Assembly: GCA_038231155.1 (NCBI GenBank)
Contig: JBBRLY010000014.1
Span: forward strand, 22,792-86,791
Origin: Candidatus Saccharimonadales bacterium
Lineage (GTDB): Bacteria > Patescibacteriota > Saccharimonadia > Saccharimonadales > JANWIN01
Direction of reading: 5' to 3'
DNA: 64,000 nt
Shown: positions 46,690 through 55,092 of the stretch, in pieces
How the letters are laid out: each line of letters begins with the position of its first letter
Numbering within the stretch: position 1 is the stretch's first letter
Notes under the pieces: model-generated
Database searches by the model: none
Seen by the model: only the letters and a program-made list of their open reading frames with translations
What the model was told of the DNA's origin: nothing
Made by a program: the position numbers and the translations under genes

Positions 46690-48291
46690 GTGGCCAAGAA
46701 ACCGACGAAATATATATTTGTTACCGGCGGTGTTCTTTCCGGTTTGGGAAAGGGTATTACTGCCGCCTCAATTGGCAACCTACTTAATGCTCGCCGTCTT
46801 AAAGTGAATATTCAAAAATGCGATCCTTACTTAAATGTAGATGCTGGTCTATTGAACCCACGGGAACACGGCGAATGTTTTGTAACCAAAGATGGTGCTG
46901 AGACTGATCTTGACCTCGGTCATTATGAACGTTTTTTGGATAAAGAACTTAACAGCAGCAGTTCGCTGATGTCTGGTAAGGTACTTCTCCAGGTAATTCA
47001 AGATGAAAGAGCTGGTAAATATGAAGGTGATGATGTACAAATTATTCCTCATCTAACGGCCGCCATACAACGTTATATCATCGACGCTGGTGAAGGTTTT
47101 GATGTACATATTGTGGAAATTGGAGGAACTGTAGGAGACTATGAATCACTTAGTTTTATTGAGGCTATTAGAGAGCTCGGAATAGCTGTAGGACGAGAAA
47201 ACTGCTTGTATGTTCACGTTGTATACGTGCCGTTTTTAGGCGCTAGCCACGAGTTTAAAACTAAGCCTGCTCAGAATTCTGTAAGAGAACTGCGAGGTCT
47301 TGGCATAAGTCCAGATATTCTAGTGGCTAGAAGTGAAAAAACAGCCAACGGTAATGTTAAACGAAAGCTCAGTCTATTTTCTGGAGTATCCGAAGACTCT
47401 ATCGCTTTACTGCCTAATGCATCCAGCATTTATGAAGTACCACTTACTTTGGAAGATACTAACATCGCTGATGTTATTTGCAAACGATTGAACGTTAAAG
47501 CCAAAAAACCTGACCTTAAAGATTGGCGGGCTGTAGTTAAACGAGCTACAACAAAGCACAAACGCAGCGTTACTGTGGGTGTGGTGGCCAAATATATGGA
47601 TAATACCGATACTTATCTTTGTGTTTTTGAGGCATTAAACGCGGCAGCATGGTGGAATGATATTGACTTAAAAATACGCTGGATTGATGCCGAAAAACTA
47701 AAAAAAGATAGAAAAATCGAAAAAACTTTTAAAGCCGTTGACGGAATTGTGGTACCAGGTGGTTTCGGAATCCGCGGACTAGAAGGCAAAATTAAAGCTG
47801 CACAGTACTCACTAAAACACAAATTACCATATTTAGGTCTTTGCTTGGGATTACAGATGGGTGTCATAGCGGCAGCCCGAAACGCCGGACTCAAAAACGC
47901 TACCAGTTTTGAGCTTGACCCAAGTAGTCAAAATAAAGTAATTGATACCATGGTTGACCAAGTAGGTATGGCTAATACTGGCGGTACTATGCGTTTGGGC
48001 GATTATCCTTGTGAAATAGAAAAAGGCAGTTTGACTGCTAAATTATACAAATCTACTAATATTGTCGAGCGTCATCGCCATCGAGGTGAATGCAATAATT
48101 TTTATAGGGATCAATATGAAAATTGGGGCCTTAAAGCTGTAGGTACATCTCCAGATAAATCATTGGTCGAAATCATTGAAGCCATTGATCACCCATTTTT
48201 TATAGCCAGCCAATTTCACCCAGAATTTCGGTCCCGTCCTCAGCGGCCACACCCTATGTTTCTAGGATTTATTGCCAGCTTAATAAAATAG
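46690..48291 (+). CDS. pyrG: CTP synthase
   Basis: GTG start 9 nt after TAGGAG. Blocks KYIFVTGGV.SGLGKG, and a GATase domain with LGLCLG.Q and the HRHR.. Confidence 0.95.
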   Translation: MAKKPTKYIFVTGGVLSGLGKGITAASIGNLLNARRLKVNIQKCDPYLNVDAGLLNPREHGECFVTKDGAETDLDLGHYERFLDKELNSSSSLMSGKVLLQVIQDERAGKYEGDDVQIIPHLTAAIQRYIIDAGEGFDVHIVEIGGTVGDYESLSFIEAIRELGIAVGRENCLYVHVVYVPFLGASHEFKTKPAQNSVRELRGLGISPDILVARSEKTANGNVKRKLSLFSGVSEDSIALLPNASSIYEVPLTLEDTNIADVICKRLNVKAKKPDLKDWRAVVKRATTKHKRSVTVGVVAKYMDNTDTYLCVFEALNAAAWWNDIDLKIRWIDAEKLKKDRKIEKTFKAVDGIVVPGGFGIRGLEGKIKAAQYSLKHKLPYLGLCLGLQMGVIAAARNAGLKNATSFELDPSSQNKVIDTMVDQVGMANTGGTMRLGDYPCEIEKGSLTAKLYKSTNIVERHRHRGECNNFYRDQYENWGLKAVGTSPDKSLVEIIEAIDHPFFIASQFHPEFRSRPQRPHPMFLGFIASLIK

Positions 48292-48335
48292 TGCTTCTAT
48301 TGTCGCCCTAGCTAAGGGATGTTAGGATAATTCTT

Positions 48336-48749
48336 ATGGTAGAGCCTTCGTTGACAGTTCCGGCTAAACCGGCTGAGCGAGTAATGAGAATATTATTTGT
48401 AGAAGATGATGATGCTCTTGCTGCGGTTTATCTAACTCGATTGCAGGCCGAGGGGTTTGATGTTAAACGAGTACCAAATGGTGAAGATGCTCTGGCGGCA
48501 ACCTTACAATATCGACCGGACTTAATATTACTAGACGTTATGATGCCTAAAGTTAGCGGTTTTGATGTGCTTGATATACTACGAAATACTCCTGAAGTCG
48601 GTACAGTCAAAATAATAATGCTGACTGCCTTAAGCCAGGAAGGCGACGTTGCTAGAGCCAAAGCCTTAGGAGTAGATGATTATTTAGTTAAATCTCAAGT
48701 AGTAATAGCTGATGTAGTTGAGCACATAAAACATTTACTTGGTGTATAA
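48336..48749 (+). CDS. Stand-alone response-regulator receiver domain (CheY-like, canonical residues)
   Basis: EDDD acidic pocket, phospho-acceptor Asp in ILLDVMMP, Thr in IMLTA and Lys in YLVKS. No output domain, and no kinase nearby. Confidence 0.85.
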   Translation: MVEPSLTVPAKPAERVMRILFVEDDDALAAVYLTRLQAEGFDVKRVPNGEDALAATLQYRPDLILLDVMMPKVSGFDVLDILRNTPEVGTVKIIMLTALSQEGDVARAKALGVDDYLVKSQVVIADVVEHIKHLLGV

Positions 48750-48828
48750 AATTTACAACTTACGTGACAAAATATCGGACCCATGATACTGTAGCTGTGT
48801 TATATCAAGATAAATAAGGAGTAAGTAT

Positions 48829-49080
48829 ATGCCTCCAGACAATAATCCAGTTCCTCCCGCAAATCCAACACCAGATCCAGTTGGAGATGGCGGAGCAGGC
48901 GGCGGTTTAGGTGGTTCACCACCTCCAACAATGCCAACACCCCCAACGGAGTCTCCAGTTCCTCCCGCAAATCCAACACCAGATCCACTTAGTGGAGATG
49001 GCGGAGCAGGTGGTGATGGAGCAGGTGGCGGTATGGGTGGTGATAGTTCAGTCCCACCACCACAAGCACCGACTAGCTAA
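48829..49080 (+). CDS. Pro/Gly-rich low-complexity 83-aa protein with an internal duplication (hypothetical)
   Basis: SD AAGGAG at 48816-48821. Two copies of PVPPANPTPDP-x-GDGGAGG. The 33-nt stretch ccagttcctcccgcaaatccaacaccagatcca is identical at 48847-48879 and 48955-48987. Coding status is uncertain because two other frames are also open here. Confidence 0.4.
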   Translation: MPPDNNPVPPANPTPDPVGDGGAGGGLGGSPPPTMPTPPTESPVPPANPTPDPLSGDGGAGGDGAGGGMGGDSSVPPPQAPTS

Positions 49081-49147
49081 TACCAAACGTATACTTAAAA
49101 ACATCGTTTTTAATCAAAGCGGTGTTTTTATTTTTCTAAAAAGATAA

Positions 49148-49176
49148 TTGACATTTTATAAAGCTTATGATAGAAT
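49148..49176 (+). promoter_or_regulatory. Consensus sigma70-like promoter abutting a start codon (leaderless layout)
   Basis: TTGACA (49148-49153), 17 nt, TGaTAGAAT (-10 at 49171-49176), then 6 nt to the ATG at 49183. No SD. Confidence 0.55.
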
Positions 49177-49182
49177 ATTATT

Positions 49183-49527
49183 ATGGTAGAAAAAAATCCA
49201 AATCCAATACAATCAGAAGTTACCCAATTTCATCCCGAATTCACATATGAAGGTGTAGATATGGGAACACCTGATACTGCTCAAAGTAGCGGTGAATCAA
49301 GCCAACCGACGCTTCTAGCTGGTCCTCGTCGTACTGGGGAAGTAGCGTTAGGTAATGGTGCGGTCGCTATTTATGAAGTTACTTCTGATGGTATGAAACA
49401 AACTCGTATACATGGTGAACCATACAAAAGCGCAGCTGAATTCCATCGTGCTAAGGGTGTTGCACAACCCTACGAACTTGAAACAGAACCGGCTAAAAAA
49501 AGCATTCGTAAACGTTTATTTAAATAA
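49183..49527 (+). CDS. Hypothetical 114-aa protein
   Basis: ORF with a consensus promoter immediately upstream. No recognisable family. Confidence 0.45.
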   Translation: MVEKNPNPIQSEVTQFHPEFTYEGVDMGTPDTAQSSGESSQPTLLAGPRRTGEVALGNGAVAIYEVTSDGMKQTRIHGEPYKSAAEFHRAKGVAQPYELETEPAKKSIRKRLFK

Positions 49528-49598
49528 AAAGTTTGATAAATTTACAAAAACAATTATTAGTTATTTCTGTCTAATTTCAAATATAAATCAATTATAAT

Positions 49599-49871
49599 TT
49601 ACTCGACTGAGACTTCAGTTCGGCTAACACTCTTGCCACTAAACAATCTAACTTTACGTTGGTTAAATTTAACGACGCCATCTTTAGCGGCATGGATAGT
49701 AAAGTTGCGGCTAACAAATGTTCCATTACCTGAACGTTTTGTCATGCCTACTTGACGCACAATAACCTGACCGGTTTTAACGTTTTGACCACCAAATAAT
49801 TTAACACCCAAGCGTTGCCCAGGGCTATCATGAACATTTTTAGCGGCACCACCAGCTTTAACGTGTGACAT
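49599..49871 (-). CDS. rpmA: Ribosomal protein L27
   Basis: MSHVKAGGAAKNV.DS.GQRLGVK.FGGQ is typical of bL27. It lies 1 nt downstream of the methyltransferase gene and is not linked to rplU. Confidence 0.9.
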   Translation of the reverse strand: MSHVKAGGAAKNVHDSPGQRLGVKLFGGQNVKTGQVIVRQVGMTKRSGNGTFVSRNFTIHAAKDGVVKFNQRKVRLFSGKSVSRTEVSVE

Positions 49872-49872
49872 T

Positions 49873-51087
49873 CTAGATCCTTATTAGTGTTACTAGTTCA
49901 CGACCGACGAATTGGCCTTCCCGGTAATAAATTAAATCTTTATCATCGGCATGAACAAAACTTACCCGATTATAGCCTAACTTCTTAAGATTTTCAAGAG
50001 ATGAGAGGTGCTTAAATCCTGCTGAAGTCTTCCAAGCCGGTAGGGCCAAACACAATCGAAAACCAGATTTGGTTTGGCTGGCAAAGTTTTGCAAAAATTT
50101 TCTTACAATCGTGTTAACCTCATTACTAGTTTGATTAAGAATTTCTGATGTGGGCGGTGTAGTAAACGGTCTTCCTAAATATGTCTCAGCGGCGACATAA
50201 TCATAAGAATATTTTAAATCTGTCCAGACCATTGTCGTTGCATCACCTACCTCAACACTTACACTCTGAGCGGCAGCTGGGTTATATTCTTTTAGCCATT
50301 TAACATTTTCCTTGGCATAGTTAATCATTCTTTGTTCAATATCTGTACCGATGGCTTGATAGCCCATAAGGGCAGCTTCCTGCAAAATGACTCCCGTACC
50401 ACAAAAAGGGTCTAGAATAGTTTGGTTGACAGGATTTGACGGCTCACAATCGGGATTCAAAGCTTCAGAAGTAGCCATATTTATAATAATTTGCGCTAGT
50501 TTGGGCGGTAACATACCGACTCGGGCATCGCGTTTCGGTCGCTCTCTGTCGCGCTTTGAATAAGAATCAATATCTTGTACAGCTATGGTTTGAGCGACAA
50601 TTGTTTTGTTAGCATGCTTAACTAGTACTAGCTCCCATCCTAACTGTGCAGTTAGCTGATTATATAAAACTTGAGCACTATTTAGTGATAGATCATTATT
50701 TGGAACAACTCTAACACTGCGACCGCTATTTTTAAGTTCTTTTTTAATTTGCAGACCAGTTCCAGTAACCTGACGAGCTGTAACATTTAATCCGTAAACA
50801 CTCAAACCTATACGCATTTTACCAACTGGTAACATGCTAGCGTGTTCGGGCACCGCTTTAATTAAAAATTTTTGAATAGTTGGCCATTTTATAGTTTCAA
50901 GTTCAGTCAATACTTTACAAAACTTAACAGTACCACCTAAAAAAGCAAAGCTAACTTTACTTGTCGGTTTATCCAATAAGGCAGCTAGGTTACCAATAGG
51001 TTGAACAGACTCGGCACCGTACAAACTCTCAAGCTCAGCTAGTCCGATTGCCGGCTGACGTCCCAAAATACAAAGTGAAGCAAACAT
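49873..51087 (-). CDS. SAM-dependent methyltransferase, Trm11/RlmL (UPF0020)-like putative RNA methyltransferase
   Basis: Motif I LDPFCGTGVILQEAALMG is preceded by the MLPPKLAQIIINMA block typical of this family. The position of the DPPY catalytic motif reads AAETYLG. Confidence 0.7.
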   Translation of the reverse strand: MFASLCILGRQPAIGLAELESLYGAESVQPIGNLAALLDKPTSKVSFAFLGGTVKFCKVLTELETIKWPTIQKFLIKAVPEHASMLPVGKMRIGLSVYGLNVTARQVTGTGLQIKKELKNSGRSVRVVPNNDLSLNSAQVLYNQLTAQLGWELVLVKHANKTIVAQTIAVQDIDSYSKRDRERPKRDARVGMLPPKLAQIIINMATSEALNPDCEPSNPVNQTILDPFCGTGVILQEAALMGYQAIGTDIEQRMINYAKENVKWLKEYNPAAAQSVSVEVGDATTMVWTDLKYSYDYVAAETYLGRPFTTPPTSEILNQTSNEVNTIVRKFLQNFASQTKSGFRLCLALPAWKTSAGFKHLSSLENLKKLGYNRVSFVHADDKDLIYYREGQFVGRELVTLIRI

Positions 51088-51202
51088 CTATCAAACAGTA
51101 TACAGATGACAGATGACAGATATCTACTTCAAGTTCAATAAATTTGAAGGTTGGATTATATAATAAGCAGTTTACGGGTTCTAATCTTGTATAATTGGCA
51201 GC

Positions 51203-52246
51203 ATGAGTCAACGCCAGCAACGCTGGAAGTTAATCCTAACTTTTATTACGCTCGGGGCGCTATTTATATTAGTTTACGCTGTTAGACGACAAATAGGTGC
51301 TACAATTTCTAATCTTGGTAAAGTCAATACTTGGGCATTACCAGCAATGATAGTTTGGGAATCTCTTAATTACTATGCTTACGCTAATTTATATCAGAAT
51401 CTATTTAGAATTTTAGGTGAAAGAATTCGCTTTCGCCCACTACTTCGCTTAACACTTGAACTTAACTTTGTTAATAATGTGTTTCCAAGCGGTGGGGTAT
51501 CTGGAATATCATATTTTGCTCTTCGGATGCGTGAAGCCGATGTGCCAGCCACTAAATCTACAGTGGTTCAAATTGCCAAGTTCATCTTTTTGTTTATATC
51601 ATTTCAAATATTAATTGGATTTGCCTTAATTCTATTAGCCATTGGTGGAAATGTTAATGGTTTTACTTTACTGATAGCTGGTTCACTATTTACTTTGTTG
51701 TTGGTGGGTACTTTGGGACTGGGTTTTGTAATTGGCAGCCAGCAGCGTATAAACAGCTTTTTTACATATATCACTAAGATTGTTAATAAAATAATCCATG
51801 TCTTTAAACATAGTTCTCCAGAAACAATTAATATTGAAAAAGCTAGGGTTACCTTCAATGACCTACACGAACATTACATGAAATTAAAATCAGAACCGGG
51901 TAAGCTTATCAGACCATTATTTTATTCTTTTATATGCAATATGACCGAGATATTGAGTATTTATACAGTTTATGTAGCATTTGGGCACTATGTTAATCCA
52001 GGAGCTGTAATCTTAGCTTATGCAGTTGCTAATTTTTCTGGTATTGTCTCGGTATTACCAGGCGGGGTAGGTATTTATGAGGCTCTCATGACTGCCGTTT
52101 TGGCAGCCGCTGGCGTATCTCCAGGCCTAAGTATTCCTGTAACAGTTATGTATAGAGTTTTGAATATGCTTATCCAATTGCCGCCTGGATATTATTTCTA
52201 CTACAGGAATTTGCACAAGAACGACCAGCAACCTGTAACTCTATGA
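51203..52246 (+). CDS. UPF0104 / lysylphosphatidylglycerol-synthase-TM-region-like polytopic membrane protein
   Basis: 8 or more TM helices with the C-terminal block SVLPGGVGIYEALMTAVL typical of this family. TATAAT at 51190-51195, 7 nt before the ATG. Confidence 0.65.
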   Translation: MSQRQQRWKLILTFITLGALFILVYAVRRQIGATISNLGKVNTWALPAMIVWESLNYYAYANLYQNLFRILGERIRFRPLLRLTLELNFVNNVFPSGGVSGISYFALRMREADVPATKSTVVQIAKFIFLFISFQILIGFALILLAIGGNVNGFTLLIAGSLFTLLLVGTLGLGFVIGSQQRINSFFTYITKIVNKIIHVFKHSSPETINIEKARVTFNDLHEHYMKLKSEPGKLIRPLFYSFICNMTEILSIYTVYVAFGHYVNPGAVILAYAVANFSGIVSVLPGGVGIYEALMTAVLAAAGVSPGLSIPVTVMYRVLNMLIQLPPGYYFYYRNLHKNDQQPVTL

Positions 52247-53364
52247 ATAATGAGCTGCTTTTTTCAGTCAGTGAATTTGTGGCTGTATTCAACCAAACAC
52301 TTGAAACTGCATATTCCAGTGTAACTATTGTTGGAGAGTTGTCTAACTATAGAGTTAGTAAAAATCGATGGGTCTATTTTGACCTTAAAGATGAAATAGC
52401 TAGTCTTAAATTTTTTGGTTCGGTCTATAATTTACCAGGTCCTTTGGAAGACGGTTTAGTTCTGCAAGTTCGAGGACAACCTAGATTACATCCACAGTTT
52501 GGTTTTAGTGTTAATGTTATTTCAATGCAGCCAGTTGGTGAAGGTTCATTGCGTCGTGCTGTCGCTCTAGTGGAATCCAAGTTGAGAGCAGAAGGACTTT
52601 TTAATTTAGAGCGTAAACGAACATTAGCTTATCCTCCATTGCGCATAGGGTTGATTACGTCTGACGGATCAGCTGCGTATCATGATTTTATTAAAATTTT
52701 AGATGAACGCTGGGGTGGAGTGACAGTTATGTTAGCCGATGTTCAAGTCCAAGGTGAAGCTGCTCCCGAGCAGATACTGCGTGCCATAGCATATTTTAAC
52801 GAACAGGTTACTATGCCTGAAGTTCTGGTAGTTACTCGAGGAGGCGGTAGTAGTGAAGATTTAGCAGCCTTTAACACGGAGGCTGTAACAATCGCAGTTG
52901 CTACCAGTCGGATTCCGACGCTTGTAGCTATTGGCCACGAAGTAGACATTAGCTTAGCCGAAATGGCTGCTGACCTTCGAGCTTCAACCCCTAGCAATGC
53001 TGCTCAATTGCTAGTACCAGATAAGCATTCTGAAATCTCTCGATTACAAGATATAGAGCTAAGTTTAGGTCAATTTCTTTCAAACCGAGTAATCAATGAT
53101 CAAACCAAACTTAAACAACATACTTTACATCTGAACCAAATAATTACTCAACATTTATTACAGCAAAAGCTATTTTTAAGTAATAAAAAAGATCTATTAT
53201 CTGCACTTAGTCCTAAGTCTACTCTGAAGCGTGGCTACGCCATCATTAGAAAAAACCAAAAGGTTATTAAATCAGGTAAAACATTAAAAACTAACGATCT
53301 GGTTAATATTCAGCTGATTGATGCTGAAGTTAAAACCAAAATCGAAAAAGTTATATTACAATAA
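52243..53364 (+). CDS. xseA: Exodeoxyribonuclease VII large subunit
   Basis: N-terminal OB fold (SVSEFV...IVGELSN......W.YFDLKD) and the catalytic region RGGGS.EDL..FN. 4-nt overlap with the upstream gene. Confidence 0.85.
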   Translation: MNNELLFSVSEFVAVFNQTLETAYSSVTIVGELSNYRVSKNRWVYFDLKDEIASLKFFGSVYNLPGPLEDGLVLQVRGQPRLHPQFGFSVNVISMQPVGEGSLRRAVALVESKLRAEGLFNLERKRTLAYPPLRIGLITSDGSAAYHDFIKILDERWGGVTVMLADVQVQGEAAPEQILRAIAYFNEQVTMPEVLVVTRGGGSSEDLAAFNTEAVTIAVATSRIPTLVAIGHEVDISLAEMAADLRASTPSNAAQLLVPDKHSEISRLQDIELSLGQFLSNRVINDQTKLKQHTLHLNQIITQHLLQQKLFLSNKKDLLSALSPKSTLKRGYAIIRKNQKVIKSGKTLKTNDLVNIQLIDAEVKTKIEKVILQ

Positions 53365-53368
53365 ACCT

Positions 53369-53572
53369 ATGTCAACAGCTCCATCATTTGACTTTCAAAA
53401 GCTAAACGCTGAATTGGAACAGATCTTAGAAGAACTACAAAGCGAATCTATGGATATTGACAAAGCTATCAATCTCTACGAACGAGGAATGTACATAGTA
53501 GAGCAACTACAAAATTATCTTAAAGAAGCTAAGAATAAGGTAACTAAAATTAAACATAAATTTGATAAATAA
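53369..53572 (+). CDS. xseB: Exodeoxyribonuclease VII small subunit
   Basis: 67 aa from ATG 53369. Blocks F...L.ELE.I...L.....D.D.A...YERG. The longer ORF from 53318 would overlap xseA. Confidence 0.8.
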   Translation: MSTAPSFDFQKLNAELEQILEELQSESMDIDKAINLYERGMYIVEQLQNYLKEAKNKVTKIKHKFDK

Positions 53573-53621
53573 GATATTCGTCTAATTGAAAATTGTAACT
53601 AACTACCGTACCATAAGCACT

Positions 53622-54284
53622 ATGAATCGAAGTGCTGAGCGAGGTAGCTATACAATAATGCTAATCAGCTTAATTTTGCTTACGGTATTTCTTATAAGTA
53701 GTCTAACTTTCGGTTTTTGGGCTTTTGCCAGCCGCCAAGATTATAAAAACAATGTTGATCAGAAAATTACGGCAGCTGTAAAAGTGGCTGTTGATAAAAA
53801 TTCAACCGAAAAAGACAATTTGTTTGCAGAGCAAGAAAAGCAACCGCTAAAGGTTTATGCCGGACCGGACACTTATGGTAGTGTAACTATCAAATACCCT
53901 AAGACATGGGGCGCTTATGTTGTTGAGGGTGGGTCTGGTAGTCGCGTTTTAGACGGTTATTTTCAACCCAACTTCGTTCCAAGTGCGCAGTTAACTACTG
54001 CTTTTGCCTTGAGGTTGCAAGTTATTGATGGTGCTTATGACCGCCAACTAGCACAGTTTGATAGTCTAGTTAAAACCGGAAAGGTCAAGGTTACAGCTTA
54101 TCGCGCACCTTTAGTACCTTCGATTTTAGGTTCACGTATTGACGGAGCTATAGCATCTAATAAACAGGGCAGCATAGTTTTATTCCCTTTACGTGATAAA
54201 ACGTTATTAGTTTCAACCGAGGCATCTCAATTTGAACCCGACTTTAATAACAATATATTACCCAATTTGAGGTTCTCCCCATAA
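53622..54284 (+). CDS. Membrane-anchored hypothetical protein
   Basis: A single N-terminal TM (YTIMLISLILLTVFLISSLTFGFWAF) followed by a soluble domain of about 180 aa. The alternative TTG start is at 53586. Confidence 0.5.
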   Translation: MNRSAERGSYTIMLISLILLTVFLISSLTFGFWAFASRQDYKNNVDQKITAAVKVAVDKNSTEKDNLFAEQEKQPLKVYAGPDTYGSVTIKYPKTWGAYVVEGGSGSRVLDGYFQPNFVPSAQLTTAFALRLQVIDGAYDRQLAQFDSLVKTGKVKVTAYRAPLVPSILGSRIDGAIASNKQGSIVLFPLRDKTLLVSTEASQFEPDFNNNILPNLRFSP

Positions 54285-54352
54285 TAAATTCGCCGAACTC
54301 CTACCTCTTTAAAATGGTGTATACTTTAAGTATATAAAAGAGGGTATCGCTT

Positions 54353-55090
54353 GTGAGCAGGACAGCTAGTCGGCATAGTAAATTTTCTATTGAGCCGAGT
54401 GAGCGGTTATTAAATGTGGTAGCCGAACAAATTAAGATGCCACTTATGCAAATTGCCCATCGAGCAGAACTGGCTCAACAATTAGAAAATGATCTTATGG
54501 CTAGCCTCAGTCAGATAGAGTCAACTGCTAGTAGTGCCATAAAACTGCTAGATAATTATTTATTATGTGTTAGCCTGGCTCACAACAGTCAATATTTGCA
54601 GCTAGAACCGATTTCTATATCTTCTGTATTGGCAAGTGTGGCACATGAACTTGGTAATTTTGCTAGTCAAAATAATTGTGAATTAGAACTACATTTAGCA
54701 GGTAAATACGAACCGATTATGGCTCATTCTATTGGTTTACAGGCCGCGCTTACTAGCTTAGGATATGTTTTTATTGAAGCTCAGGCCGGCCTAGATAATA
54801 TTAAGCGCCCAGTACTTAAATTGGGTGCTCATCGCAGCCATGGTGGTATTGCTGCTGGTATATTTGCAGATATTGAAGGGTTAGGAGCTAATGTTTATCA
54901 GCGCGGTAGATCACTTTACGGTCGAGCTCGTCAACCTCTAAATCAAATTAGCAATTCTAGTGGTGCCGGTCTATTCGTTGCCGATTCATTATTTAATAGT
55001 ATGTCTGCTCATTTGCGTGTAGCTCGTCACCAAAGGTTATGTGGCCTAGCGGCTACTTTCGCCCCTAGTCGCCAATTGGAATTCATTTAA
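54353..55090 (+). CDS. Soluble histidine-kinase-like protein with degenerate H-box and N-box
   Basis: GTG start. DHp-like LLNVVAEQIKMPLMQIAHRAELA aligns to FLANVSHELRTPL..I.G..ELL with Glu at the His position. The CA-like domain reads LTSLGYVFIEA where the N-box (NLL.NA) should be. G1-like DIEGLG and G2-like GAGLFVA are retained. Confidence 0.55.
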   Translation: MSRTASRHSKFSIEPSERLLNVVAEQIKMPLMQIAHRAELAQQLENDLMASLSQIESTASSAIKLLDNYLLCVSLAHNSQYLQLEPISISSVLASVAHELGNFASQNNCELELHLAGKYEPIMAHSIGLQAALTSLGYVFIEAQAGLDNIKRPVLKLGAHRSHGGIAAGIFADIEGLGANVYQRGRSLYGRARQPLNQISNSSGAGLFVADSLFNSMSAHLRVARHQRLCGLAATFAPSRQLEFI

Positions 55091-55092
55091 GC

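Noticed and set aside
48800-49147. Alternative ORFs in the Pro/Gly-rich locus (minus strand 48800-48988; plus strand 48911-49147)
   Set aside because: Only the 48829 frame has an SD at proper spacing. The others are by-products of the GC-rich, stop-poor repeat. Coding status of the whole locus remains uncertain and is flagged as a finding.
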